The position numbers and the translations under genes are program-made. DNA of 64,000 nucleotides from Dysgonamonadaceae bacterium (GTDB lineage Bacteria; Bacteroidota; Bacteroidia; Bacteroidales; Azobacteroidaceae). The notes beneath the pieces were generated by a model, which made no database searches, was not told where the DNA came from, and saw only the letters and a list, made by a program, of their open reading frames with translations. Location of the stretch: contig JAISUN010000005.1 of assembly GCA_031272085.1 (NCBI GenBank), forward strand, positions 762-64,761, in the 5' to 3' direction. This document shows positions 18,592 to 27,451 of this stretch, piece after piece; within the stretch, counting starts at the first letter, position 1; every line of letters starts with the position of its first letter.

Positions 18592-20010
18592 TCAATTTTC
18601 AAGGAATTTCTTTATTTCCTCGGCCGCTTTGCGTCCCGCATCAATGGCGCGGACAACGAGGCTGGCTCCGCTTGTTACGTCGCCGGCTACAAATACCTTA
18701 TTGACAGACGATTGCCAAGGTTTTACGGCCTGCACGTTTCCGCGTCCGTCGTATTGAACGCCCAGAGCGTCGAGCAGTCCTTCGTGAACCGGATGGACAA
18801 ATCCCATCGAGAGCAAAACGAGGTCGGTGGCGATGATTTCCGGTTTTCCGGTTTCCTGCATCGTCATACGTCCCGAAGCGTCTTTAATCCATTCTACCTC
18901 AACAACTTCCACGCCGGTCAGTTTTCCTTTTGTCCCGATGAAACGCTTCGATGCCAGCGACCAGCGGCGGGTGCAGCCCTCCTTGTGCGAACTCGAAGTT
19001 TTCAGGATATTGGGATAGTAAGGCCATGGAGTATCGGGATTGCGGTCTTCGGGCGGCTTCGGCAGAATTTCGATTTGCGTAACCGAAGCGGCTTTTTGCC
19101 TAACCGAAGTGCCTACGCAGTCGGAGCCGGTATCGCCGCCGCCAATGACGAGGACTTTTTTGTTTTTGGCCGAAATTTGCTCCGCCGCAGGGAAAGTTTG
19201 GCCTGCAACAACGCGGTTTTGCTGTTTCAGGAAGTCGAGAGCGAAATGGATTCCCTTCAATTCCCGGCCTTCAATCGGCAAATCGCGCGGAACGCCCGAA
19301 CCCATGCAAAGGCAGACGGCGTCGTATTTCGAGAGCAGTTTATCGACCGGCAAATCTTTTCCGACTTCGGTATTTGCGGTAAAGGTAATTCCTTCATCTG
19401 CAAGCAGTTTCAGGCGGCGGTCGATAATTTCCTTGTTCAATTTGAAATCGGGGATTCCGAGCCGGAGCAGTCCGCCGATGTATTCGTCTTTTTCAAAGAC
19501 GGTTACGGCGTGGCCTGCACGGTTCAGCATATCGGCGGCGGCAAGTCCCGCGGGGCCGGAGCCTACGACGGCAACTTTTTTTCCTGTGCGCGATTTCGGC
19601 GGATAGGCCTTTACAAAACCCTCTGCGAAAGCGTGTTCTGCAATGGCGGCCTCGTTTTCGCGGATTGTCAGCGGCTGGTTTTCGATGTTCAGCACGCAGC
19701 CTTTTTCGCATATTGCCGGACAAACTCTTCCCGTAAATTCGGGAAAATTATTCGTAGAGTTGAGCAGGCGGTAAGCCTCAAACCATTTGCCCTTGTAGAG
19801 CAGGTCTTGCCATTCGGGAATCAGGTTGGCTAAGGGACACGACCAATGGCAAAACGGCACGCCGCACTCCATGCAGCGCGATGCTTGCAGCATACGGTCT
19901 TCCATATTCAGGGTCTGCTCCACTTCGCCGTAGTCGGCTATGCGGTCGTGAACCGGACGGTATCCGGCTTCTTTTCTGTTTATCGTTAAAAATGCTTTTG
20001 CGTTTCCCAT
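18592..20010 (-). CDS. gltD: Glutamate synthase small subunit
   Basis: RCMECGVPFC, NNFPEFTGRVCPA.CE, GSGPAGL, GGGDTGSDC. Confidence 0.96.
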   Translation of the reverse strand: MGNAKAFLTINRKEAGYRPVHDRIADYGEVEQTLNMEDRMLQASRCMECGVPFCHWSCPLANLIPEWQDLLYKGKWFEAYRLLNSTNNFPEFTGRVCPAICEKGCVLNIENQPLTIRENEAAIAEHAFAEGFVKAYPPKSRTGKKVAVVGSGPAGLAAADMLNRAGHAVTVFEKDEYIGGLLRLGIPDFKLNKEIIDRRLKLLADEGITFTANTEVGKDLPVDKLLSKYDAVCLCMGSGVPRDLPIEGRELKGIHFALDFLKQQNRVVAGQTFPAAEQISAKNKKVLVIGGGDTGSDCVGTSVRQKAASVTQIEILPKPPEDRNPDTPWPYYPNILKTSSSHKEGCTRRWSLASKRFIGTKGKLTGVEVVEVEWIKDASGRMTMQETGKPEIIATDLVLLSMGFVHPVHEGLLDALGVQYDGRGNVQAVKPWQSSVNKVFVAGDVTSGASLVVRAIDAGRKAAEEIKKFLEN

Positions 20011-20011
20011 A

Positions 20012-23000
20012 TCAATAATCCGATTCTACAAGTTCAATTTTCTTCTTTATCGCTTCCATTTTTTCTTCCTGCAAGACTTTTTTGTATTCGATTGGGGTAA
20101 TTTTGATGAAATGTTTCAGGTAATTATCCCAGTCGTCGAGGATTCGCTTGGCGAGTCCGCTTTTGGTGTAATAATAATGCTGCGAAATGAGGTGGTGCAG
20201 TTCCAGACTGTCCGACTTATCTTCAATCAGCGTCAATTCCACCATTTCCATATTGCAAAAATAGTCGAAATCGCCTTTCATATCGAGGACGTAAGCCAGT
20301 CCGCCGCTCATTCCGGCCGCGAAATTTTTGCCCGTAGAACCGAGAACTACGGTGCGGCCGCCGGTCATATACTCGCAACAGTGGTCGCCTGCGCCTTCCA
20401 CAACGGCTATTGCGCCCGAATTTCTGACGCAAAACCTCTCGCCTACCCTGCCGTTGATGTAAACTTCGCCCGAAGTGGCTCCGTAAAGCGATGTATTTCC
20501 GGCAATTATGTTGTTTTCCGGTACAAATTGCGCCGATTTTGGCGGCACAACGGCGATACGTCCGCCGGAAAGTCCTTTGCCCAGATAGTCGTTGGTTTCG
20601 CCTTCGATATAGAAAGTTACTCCAGCCGACAGGAATGCTCCGAAACTCTGACCGGCAGAGCCTTTGAAGGTTATTGTGATAGTCCCGTCCTGCAAGCCGC
20701 GGTTGCCGTAGCGCTTGGCTATTTCGCCCGAAAGCATTGCGCCCACAGCGCGGTCGGTGTTTGCTATCGCAACGTTCATCTCGACGGGCAACTGCTTCTC
20801 TATCGCGGGTTTAGTTTTGCGGATAAGTTCGCGGTCGAGAACGTTGTCGATTTTATGGTTCTGAACGCTTGTGCAGCGGATGTCATTGCCGTTATTTACG
20901 AAGTGAAGCAGTTTTGAAAAGTCGAGTTTCGCCGCTTTTTCGTTAATTTTCAGGTCTTTGCGCACTTCCAGCAAGTCGGAGCGGCCGATTATCTCGTCCA
21001 TCGTTTTGAAGCCCATTTGAGCCAGATGTTCGCGCACTTCGGTTGCAAGGAAAGTGAAAAAATTGACGAGATATTCGTATTTTCCCTTGAAACGCGCCCG
21101 CAGCCGCTCGTCTTGCGTAGCGACGCCTACCGGACAGGTATTCAGGTGGCATTTGCGCATCATCACGCAACCGAGGACAATCAGGGCGCTGGTTGCGAAG
21201 CCGAACTCTTCGGCTCCGAGCAGGGCTGAAACGATTATGTCTTTGCCGGACTTCAACTGTCCGTCGGTTTGCAGGCGCACGTAGCGTCGAAGGTCGTTCA
21301 GCACCAGTGTTTGCTGCGTTTCGGCCAATCCGAGTTCGCCCGGAATGCCTGCGTGTTTTATCGAACTCATCGGGCTTGCTCCGGTTCCGCCTTCGGCTCC
21401 GCTAATCAGAATCATATCGGCTTTGGCTTTTGCAACGCCTGCCGCGATGGTTCCAACGCCGGTTTCGGCCACAAGTTTTACCGAAATTCTTGCCGCGGGA
21501 TTGACGTTTTTCAGGTCGAAAATCAGTTGGGCAAGGTCTTCTATCGAATAAATATCGTGGTGCGGAGGCGGGGAAATAAGTGTGATTCCGGGAATCGAGT
21601 GCCGGGTTTTCGCAATGATTTTATCAACCTTGAATCCGGGCAACTGTCCGCCTTCGCCGGGTTTTGCGCCCTGCGCGATTTTTATTTGCAGTTCGTCGGC
21701 ATTGACAAGATATTCGGTTGTAACGCCGAAGCGTCCGGATGCTATTTGCTTGATTGCCGAGCGGCGGTTCAGTCCGTCGTCGCCAACTTGGAAACGCGCC
21801 GGGTCTTCGCCGCCTTCGCCGGTATTGCTTTTGCCGTTCAGCGCGTTGAGCGCGATTGCTAAAGCCTCGTGCGCTTCCTTGCTGATTGAGCCGAAAGACA
21901 TTGCGCCGGTAACAAAGCGTTTGGTAATCGATTCTATTGATTCAACTTTTGAAATATCAATCGGTTTCCGCTTGTAAGTAAGGAAGTCGCGCAGGAAAAC
22001 GGGCGATATTTTATTATCTACAATGTCGGTATATTCTTTGAACTTGGCGTAATCGCCGGTGCGGGTCGCAATCTGCAATCGCGCTATTGTTTCGGGATTC
22101 CATGCGTGATATTCGCCCTCGCGGCGGTAGGAATAAATCCCCGCATTGTCGAGCGTATAAGTCGCTTTCATCTTGAAATCGGGCAAACCCTTGTCGTGAA
22201 AAGCCTCGTAATGAAACGCGAGCGCATCGCGGGCAATGTCCGACATATCTATTCCGCCGATTCGGGAAGTCATCTCGCGGAAGCAGGAATCAAGCGCTTT
22301 TTGGCCGATTCCGACTGCCTCGTAAATCTGTGCGCCGCGGTAACTGCGGAGCGTGGAAATTCCCATTTTCGACAGGACTTTCAAAAGCCCTTTGCTGACC
22401 GATTTTATGTAATTTTTCTCGGCTGTGTGGTAGTCGAGTTGGATTTCGTGAAGATTGACTTTCTCGTTCAGCACTGCGAAAGCCATATACGGGTTTACCG
22501 CGGTCGCTCCGAAAGCGAAAAGCAGGGCGAAATGGTTCACTTCGCGGGCTTCGGCCGTCTCAACCACTATTGCTATCTGCATACGTTTCCGCTTCTCAAT
22601 CAGATGGTGATGGATAGCCGAAACTGCGAGCAATGACGGTATTGGAGCGTGTTCCGCATCAACTCCGCGGTCGCTCAAAATTATGTAGTGATATCCTTCG
22701 TTTACGGCCTTTTCGGCCTGCTGGCAAAGGGCGTGCAAGGCTTCCGTCAGGGTTTTTGCGCCTTTTTCGGGCGGACAGACGTCGAACAACATCGGGACGG
22801 TCAGCGAGCGAAATCCCTTGTAACCCAGATGAGTAAGTATGTCGAGTTCGATATTGTTCAGAATCGGAACTCCGAGTTTTACCATTTTGCACTGTTCGGG
22901 CGAGGCTTCCAGCACATTGCCGTCCTGACAGCCGATGTACAGCGAAAGCGACATCACAAGTTCTTCGCGAATCGGGTCGATAGGCGGGTTTGTAACCTGC

Positions 23001-24553
23001 GCAAACAGTTGGCGGAAATAGTTGAACAGGATTTGCGGCTTGTTCGACAGTACGGCTGTCGGAGTGTCGTTGCCCATCGAACCTATCGGCTCTTTGCCGT
23101 CGGTAGCCATCGGGATAATCAGCCTCTCGACGTCTTCTTTCGAGTATCCGAAGGCTTTCAACTGTTCGGGAAGTGAATCGACGTCGTAACGCACTGTGCG
23201 TCCGGAAGATATGTCGCCAAGCGTAATCCGGCTCCTGTTCAGCCACTCGCGGTAAGGATACTTTTCGGCCAATTCTGCTTTTAATTCCTTGTCATAGAAG
23301 AGTTTGCCTTCTTTCGTATCCACCATCAGCATTTTTCCGGGTTGAAGGCGGCCTTTTTCTTTTATTTCGCCGGCCTCGAAAGGCAAAACTCCCGCTTCGG
23401 AGGCGACGACCATAATATCGTTGTTGGTAATCAGGTAGCGGGCGGGGCGCAATCCGTTGCGGTCCAACATTCCGCCTGCGTAGCGGCCGTCGGTAAAGAG
23501 CAGGGTTGCAGGCCCGTCCCAGGGTTCCATTATGATGCTGTGATATTCGTAATATGCTTTCAGTTCGTCGGAAATGGGATTTTTGCTGTTCCAACTTTCG
23601 GGGACGAGCATCGAAAGCGCGTGAGGCAGCGTGAATCCGGCCATCACAAGAAATTCGAGGACGTTGTCAAGCGAGGCGCTGTCCGACATTCCGGGCTGTA
23701 TGACGGGGAAAATTTCTTCCAAATTGCCGAGTTCCGGCACTTTCAGCACCGATTCGCGGGCTTTCATCCAGTAGCGGTTGCCACGGATGGTGTTGATTTC
23801 GCCGTTATGTCCGAGCAGGCGGAAAGGCTGCGCCAAATCCCAACTCGGAAAAGTGTTGGTGCTGAACCGCGAATGAACCAGCGCAAGTCCGCTCGTAAAA
23901 TAAGGATTCTGCAAGTCGGTAAAATAGTCGCGCAACTGGGTCGAGGTCAACATTCCCTTGTAAATTATCCGTTGCGTGGAAAGGCTGACGATGTAAAAAG
24001 TCCGTTTGTCGGCAAGCGAAGATTTCAGGATTTTCTTTTCCATCTTCTTGCGGGCGATGTAGAGTTTCTGCTCCAAAGTCCGTCCGCCAGCCGTGGAGTT
24101 GGAAGGGGTAGCCTCAACGACGAAAATCTGCTTTATTGCAGGTTCGTTTTGGCGGGAAATTTCGCCCAGAATGTCGCCGTTCACCGGAACATCGCGCGTA
24201 GCCAGCGTTTTCAGGCCTTCCTGCTCAATTATGTTGTTCAAAACCTCCATATACAGCGAGGCCTGCTCATCGTCTTTCGGCAGGAAAATGAGGCCGGTGC
24301 CGTATTTTCCGCGTTCGGGAACCGGAATTCCTTGCAGCAGAATAAATTCGTGCGGGATTTGAAGCGTGATTCCCGCGCCGTCGCCTGTTACCTTGTCGGC
24401 GCTCTCGGCGCCGCGATGGAGCATGTGTTCAAGCACTTGCAGGCCCTTCTCTACTATATCGTGCGACTTGTTGCCGTGAATATCCACCAGCAAACCTACT
24501 CCGCAGGCGTCGTGTTCAAAGTCCGGCTCGTACAGTCCTTTATATTCTGTCAT
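20012..24553 (-). CDS. gltB: Glutamate synthase large subunit
   Basis: EHDACGVG, HSRFSTNT, QGAKPGEGGQLPG, CVMMRKCHLNTCPVG. Confidence 0.98.
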   Translation of the reverse strand: MTEYKGLYEPDFEHDACGVGLLVDIHGNKSHDIVEKGLQVLEHMLHRGAESADKVTGDGAGITLQIPHEFILLQGIPVPERGKYGTGLIFLPKDDEQASLYMEVLNNIIEQEGLKTLATRDVPVNGDILGEISRQNEPAIKQIFVVEATPSNSTAGGRTLEQKLYIARKKMEKKILKSSLADKRTFYIVSLSTQRIIYKGMLTSTQLRDYFTDLQNPYFTSGLALVHSRFSTNTFPSWDLAQPFRLLGHNGEINTIRGNRYWMKARESVLKVPELGNLEEIFPVIQPGMSDSASLDNVLEFLVMAGFTLPHALSMLVPESWNSKNPISDELKAYYEYHSIIMEPWDGPATLLFTDGRYAGGMLDRNGLRPARYLITNNDIMVVASEAGVLPFEAGEIKEKGRLQPGKMLMVDTKEGKLFYDKELKAELAEKYPYREWLNRSRITLGDISSGRTVRYDVDSLPEQLKAFGYSKEDVERLIIPMATDGKEPIGSMGNDTPTAVLSNKPQILFNYFRQLFAQVTNPPIDPIREELVMSLSLYIGCQDGNVLEASPEQCKMVKLGVPILNNIELDILTHLGYKGFRSLTVPMLFDVCPPEKGAKTLTEALHALCQQAEKAVNEGYHYIILSDRGVDAEHAPIPSLLAVSAIHHHLIEKRKRMQIAIVVETAEAREVNHFALLFAFGATAVNPYMAFAVLNEKVNLHEIQLDYHTAEKNYIKSVSKGLLKVLSKMGISTLRSYRGAQIYEAVGIGQKALDSCFREMTSRIGGIDMSDIARDALAFHYEAFHDKGLPDFKMKATYTLDNAGIYSYRREGEYHAWNPETIARLQIATRTGDYAKFKEYTDIVDNKISPVFLRDFLTYKRKPIDISKVESIESITKRFVTGAMSFGSISKEAHEALAIALNALNGKSNTGEGGEDPARFQVGDDGLNRRSAIKQIASGRFGVTTEYLVNADELQIKIAQGAKPGEGGQLPGFKVDKIIAKTRHSIPGITLISPPPHHDIYSIEDLAQLIFDLKNVNPAARISVKLVAETGVGTIAAGVAKAKADMILISGAEGGTGASPMSSIKHAGIPGELGLAETQQTLVLNDLRRYVRLQTDGQLKSGKDIIVSALLGAEEFGFATSALIVLGCVMMRKCHLNTCPVGVATQDERLRARFKGKYEYLVNFFTFLATEVREHLAQMGFKTMDEIIGRSDLLEVRKDLKINEKAAKLDFSKLLHFVNNGNDIRCTSVQNHKIDNVLDRELIRKTKPAIEKQLPVEMNVAIANTDRAVGAMLSGEIAKRYGNRGLQDGTITITFKGSAGQSFGAFLSAGVTFYIEGETNDYLGKGLSGGRIAVVPPKSAQFVPENNIIAGNTSLYGATSGEVYINGRVGERFCVRNSGAIAVVEGAGDHCCEYMTGGRTVVLGSTGKNFAAGMSGGLAYVLDMKGDFDYFCNMEMVELTLIEDKSDSLELHHLISQHYYYTKSGLAKRILDDWDNYLKHFIKITPIEYKKVLQEEKMEAIKKKIELVESDY

Positions 24554-24611
24554 TTTGTATCAAATCACTCTTTCTTTGTCATTTATTGATTATTGTTTAT
24601 TTTGCGTTCCA

Positions 24612-24656
24612 AACCCGCAACTCCCTATATTTCAAATAATTGAGGAATTGCGGGTT
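24612..24656. terminator. Hairpin between glnA and gltB (terminator or mRNA stability element)
   Basis: AACCCGCAA.TCC ... GGA.TTGCGGGTT stem, with only a short U tract on the minus strand. Confidence 0.5.
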
Positions 24657-24702
24657 GAAATGCAGCCGCAAAAGGCGGATTTTTAGCGTTTTTCCGCTCG
24701 TT

Positions 24703-26898
24703 TTAGCGAATGAACAGCAGTTCGCGATATTTCGGCATGGGCCAAAGTTCGTTATCGACTACAAGTTCAAGTTTATCAACCTGATAGCGGATTTCATCGA
24801 AGAACGGCAATACCTTGTCGTGGTATTCTATTGCTTTTTCGCGTTCCGATTCTATCTTGTTGGCTACTTTGCGGGCTTCAATCATCGCTTCCACGCGGTA
24901 TTTGATGATAGATATGCGTTCCGAAATTTCTTCGATGATTCCCTTGTCAAGGGCGCCGAGTTCCGAAGCCTTTTCTTTGCTGTAAACCTGATAAAGTTTG
25001 TAAACATTGTCGAGCAGCGAGGACTGGTATTTTGTGGCCACCGGAATGATGTGATTCAGCACCAAATCGCCCAAAACGCGCGATTCTATCTGGATTTTCT
25101 TGGTGTAAGTTTCCCATTTTACCTCGTTGCGGGCGTGAAGTTCGCGTTCCGAAAGCACCTCTATGCTTTCAAACAGTTTTACGGCGTCTTTTGAAGTGTG
25201 GGCGTCGATAATCAGCGGCACGCTTGTTTCGCAGTCCAAGCCGCGTTTTGCCGCTTCTTCTTTCCATTCTTCGCTGTAACCGTTGCCGTCGAAACGGATA
25301 GGCTTCGATTCTTTGATGTATTTTTTCAGAACCTCGAAAATGGCCTTGTTTTTAGCCGCGCCTTTGGTAATTTCGGCGTCCACCGTTTTCTTAAATTCCT
25401 TCAACTGGGCTGCTACAATGGCGTTGAGCGTAATCATACCCGAAGCGCAGTTGGCCGACGAGCCTACGGCGCGGAACTCAAAGCGGTTTCCGGTAAATGC
25501 GAAAGGCGAAGTGCGGTTGCGGTCGGTGTTGTCGAGCAACACTTCGGGAATTTTCGCGATGCCGAGTCTCATTCTCTGTTTCGAGTCGATGACGATGGCC
25601 TGTTCGCTGGTCGCTTTTTCCAATTTGTCGAGAACAGACGACACCTGCGAGCCGAGAAATACCGAAATAATTGCCGGAGGAGCCTCGTTAGCGCCCAGAC
25701 GGTGTGCATTTTGAGCGGTCATTATCGAGGCTTTCAGCAGGGCGTTGTTTTTGTAAACCGCCATCAGGATATTGACTACAAACGTGATAAATTGCAGGTT
25801 TTCTTCGGGAGTTTTGCCCGGAGTGAGCAGTCCGACGCCGGTATCGGTGCCGAGCGACCAGTTGTTGTGCTTTCCCGAACCGTTGATTCCGGCAAACGGC
25901 TTTTCGTGCAGCAGCAGGCGGAATCCGTGGCGGCGGGCGACTTTCTTCATTATCGACATCATCAGCAAGTTCTGGTCAACCGAAAGGTTGGTCTCGCCGA
26001 AAATCGGAGCAAGTTCAAACTGATTTGGGGCAACCTCGTTATGACGGGTTTTCAGAGGTATCCCGTATTTATATCCTTCATACTCAATATCTTTCATATA
26101 TGCCTGAACGCGCGTCGGAACCGAACCGAAATAATGGTCTTCCAACTGCTGGTCTTTTGCCGAATCGTGGCCGATGAGCGTACGTCCGGTAAGCATCAGG
26201 TCGGGACGGGTAGCGTAAAGCCCGTCGTCGATAAGGAAATATTCCTGTTCCCAACCGAGGTAGGAAAAAACTTTTTTTACCGACTTGTCGAAATAGTGGC
26301 AAACATCGACGGCCGCTTTATCGACAGCATTAAGAGCCTTTAACAGAGGCGTTTTGTAATCCAGCGCTTCGCCCGTGTAGGAAATGAAAACCGTGGGGAT
26401 GCAAAGCGTGTCATCGACGATAAATGCGGGCGACGAGGGGTCCCAGGCCGTATAGCCGCGGGCTTCAAACGTGTTGCGGATGCCGCCGCTGGGGAAGGAC
26501 GATGCGTCCGGTTCCTGCTGTGCGAGCAGTTTTCCTGAAAATTCCTCAATTACCGGACTGCCGGGAGCGCCCGAATATTCGATAAAAGAGTCGTGCTTTT
26601 CAGCCGTCCCTTCGGTAAGCGGCTGAAACCAGTGGGTATAATGCGTTGCGCCGTTTTCTATCGCCCACGCTTTCATACCTGCCGCCACATGATTGGCCAA
26701 CTCGCGGTCGAGGGTTTCGCCCCGCTCTATTACCGCTGTTAAGGCATCCAGAGTCTCTTTCGAGAGGTACTTTGTCATTTGCGCCTTGTTAAAAACCGAC
26801 TTTCCGTAATACGACGAAGTCAATGCTTCGGGCGCCGACACTGCCGCCGCTTTCTTTTTGTAAGCCTCTTCTACTGCTTTAAATCTTAATTTAGACAT
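24703..26898 (-). CDS. glnA: Glutamine synthetase type III
   Basis: 731 aa. THWFQPLT, EPDASSFPSGG, HNEVAPNQFE, HEKPFAGINGSGKHNNWS, DRNRTSPFAFTGNRFEFR. Confidence 0.97.
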   Translation of the reverse strand: MSKLRFKAVEEAYKKKAAAVSAPEALTSSYYGKSVFNKAQMTKYLSKETLDALTAVIERGETLDRELANHVAAGMKAWAIENGATHYTHWFQPLTEGTAEKHDSFIEYSGAPGSPVIEEFSGKLLAQQEPDASSFPSGGIRNTFEARGYTAWDPSSPAFIVDDTLCIPTVFISYTGEALDYKTPLLKALNAVDKAAVDVCHYFDKSVKKVFSYLGWEQEYFLIDDGLYATRPDLMLTGRTLIGHDSAKDQQLEDHYFGSVPTRVQAYMKDIEYEGYKYGIPLKTRHNEVAPNQFELAPIFGETNLSVDQNLLMMSIMKKVARRHGFRLLLHEKPFAGINGSGKHNNWSLGTDTGVGLLTPGKTPEENLQFITFVVNILMAVYKNNALLKASIMTAQNAHRLGANEAPPAIISVFLGSQVSSVLDKLEKATSEQAIVIDSKQRMRLGIAKIPEVLLDNTDRNRTSPFAFTGNRFEFRAVGSSANCASGMITLNAIVAAQLKEFKKTVDAEITKGAAKNKAIFEVLKKYIKESKPIRFDGNGYSEEWKEEAAKRGLDCETSVPLIIDAHTSKDAVKLFESIEVLSERELHARNEVKWETYTKKIQIESRVLGDLVLNHIIPVATKYQSSLLDNVYKLYQVYSKEKASELGALDKGIIEEISERISIIKYRVEAMIEARKVANKIESEREKAIEYHDKVLPFFDEIRYQVDKLELVVDNELWPMPKYRELLFIR

Positions 26899-26990
26899 TT
26901 TCTTACTATTTTACGTTATTTCAATATTATTTTATTCCAAAATCTTTCACCTTAATATTATTTTGCAAATAAATCTTCTAATTTTGTTTG

Positions 26991-26998
26991 CAAATATA
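26991..26998 (-). promoter_or_regulatory. -7 promoter element for glnA
   Basis: TATATTTG on the minus strand matches TAnnTTTG, about 90 nt before the ATG. Confidence 0.6.
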
Positions 26999-27157
26999 AA
27001 GGTTTTTTTTTATTCTACTACTATTTTTTATGATTTTTTTCATTTTATCGAAAAATTTGCAGAGAAAAAGGGAAAATTACGCACAAATGCAGGCTTTTGT
27101 TTTTGAAAAAAATAATTGTCAAGTATTGAATTAGAAAAATAATATTTTTGTCCGGCT

Positions 27158-27423
27158 TGTTTGTCACTACATAAGTGACAAAATTTGTTCGGCACAAAGG
27201 TAAAGGCGTTTTTTGACTTCTTTTGTGTCAATTTGCAAAAATATTATGTCATTTTGCAAAACTCATTTCTGAAATTTGGATTTATTTGCCTGTTGATTCT
27301 CTTTTTCTGATATTATAAACTGTTTCCGAAAAGTTGTTTTTAGAAAATTTATACTACTGTATTTCTGTCGGTTAGGTTATATTTTCCCTCTATTACGTTT
27401 TGTCACTTATGTAGTGACAAACA
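27158..27423. promoter_or_regulatory. Putative invertible promoter (inverton) bounded by perfect 26-bp inverted repeats
   Basis: 27158-27183 TGTTTGTCACTACATAAGTGACAAAA is the exact reverse complement of 27398-27423 TTTTGTCACTTATGTAGTGACAAACA. An internal -7 element TACCTTTG lies on the minus strand at 27195-27202. Confidence 0.85.
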
Positions 27424-27451
27424 GAAAATAACATTATTTAACTGATAAAAA

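Noticed and set aside
18712-26343. Long plus-strand ORFs (373, 268, 415 and 381 aa) opposite gltD, gltB and glnA
   Set aside because: They are antisense shadows of strongly codon-biased genes, with no motifs or plausible starts. The same applies to similar ORFs opposite susC, tgt, dnaN and the S41 peptidase.
27158-27423. The inverted repeats as MITE/IS ends or CRISPR repeats
   Set aside because: There are only two copies, in inverted orientation, with no flanking target duplication. Internal dyads with an asymmetric core fit recombination sites better.
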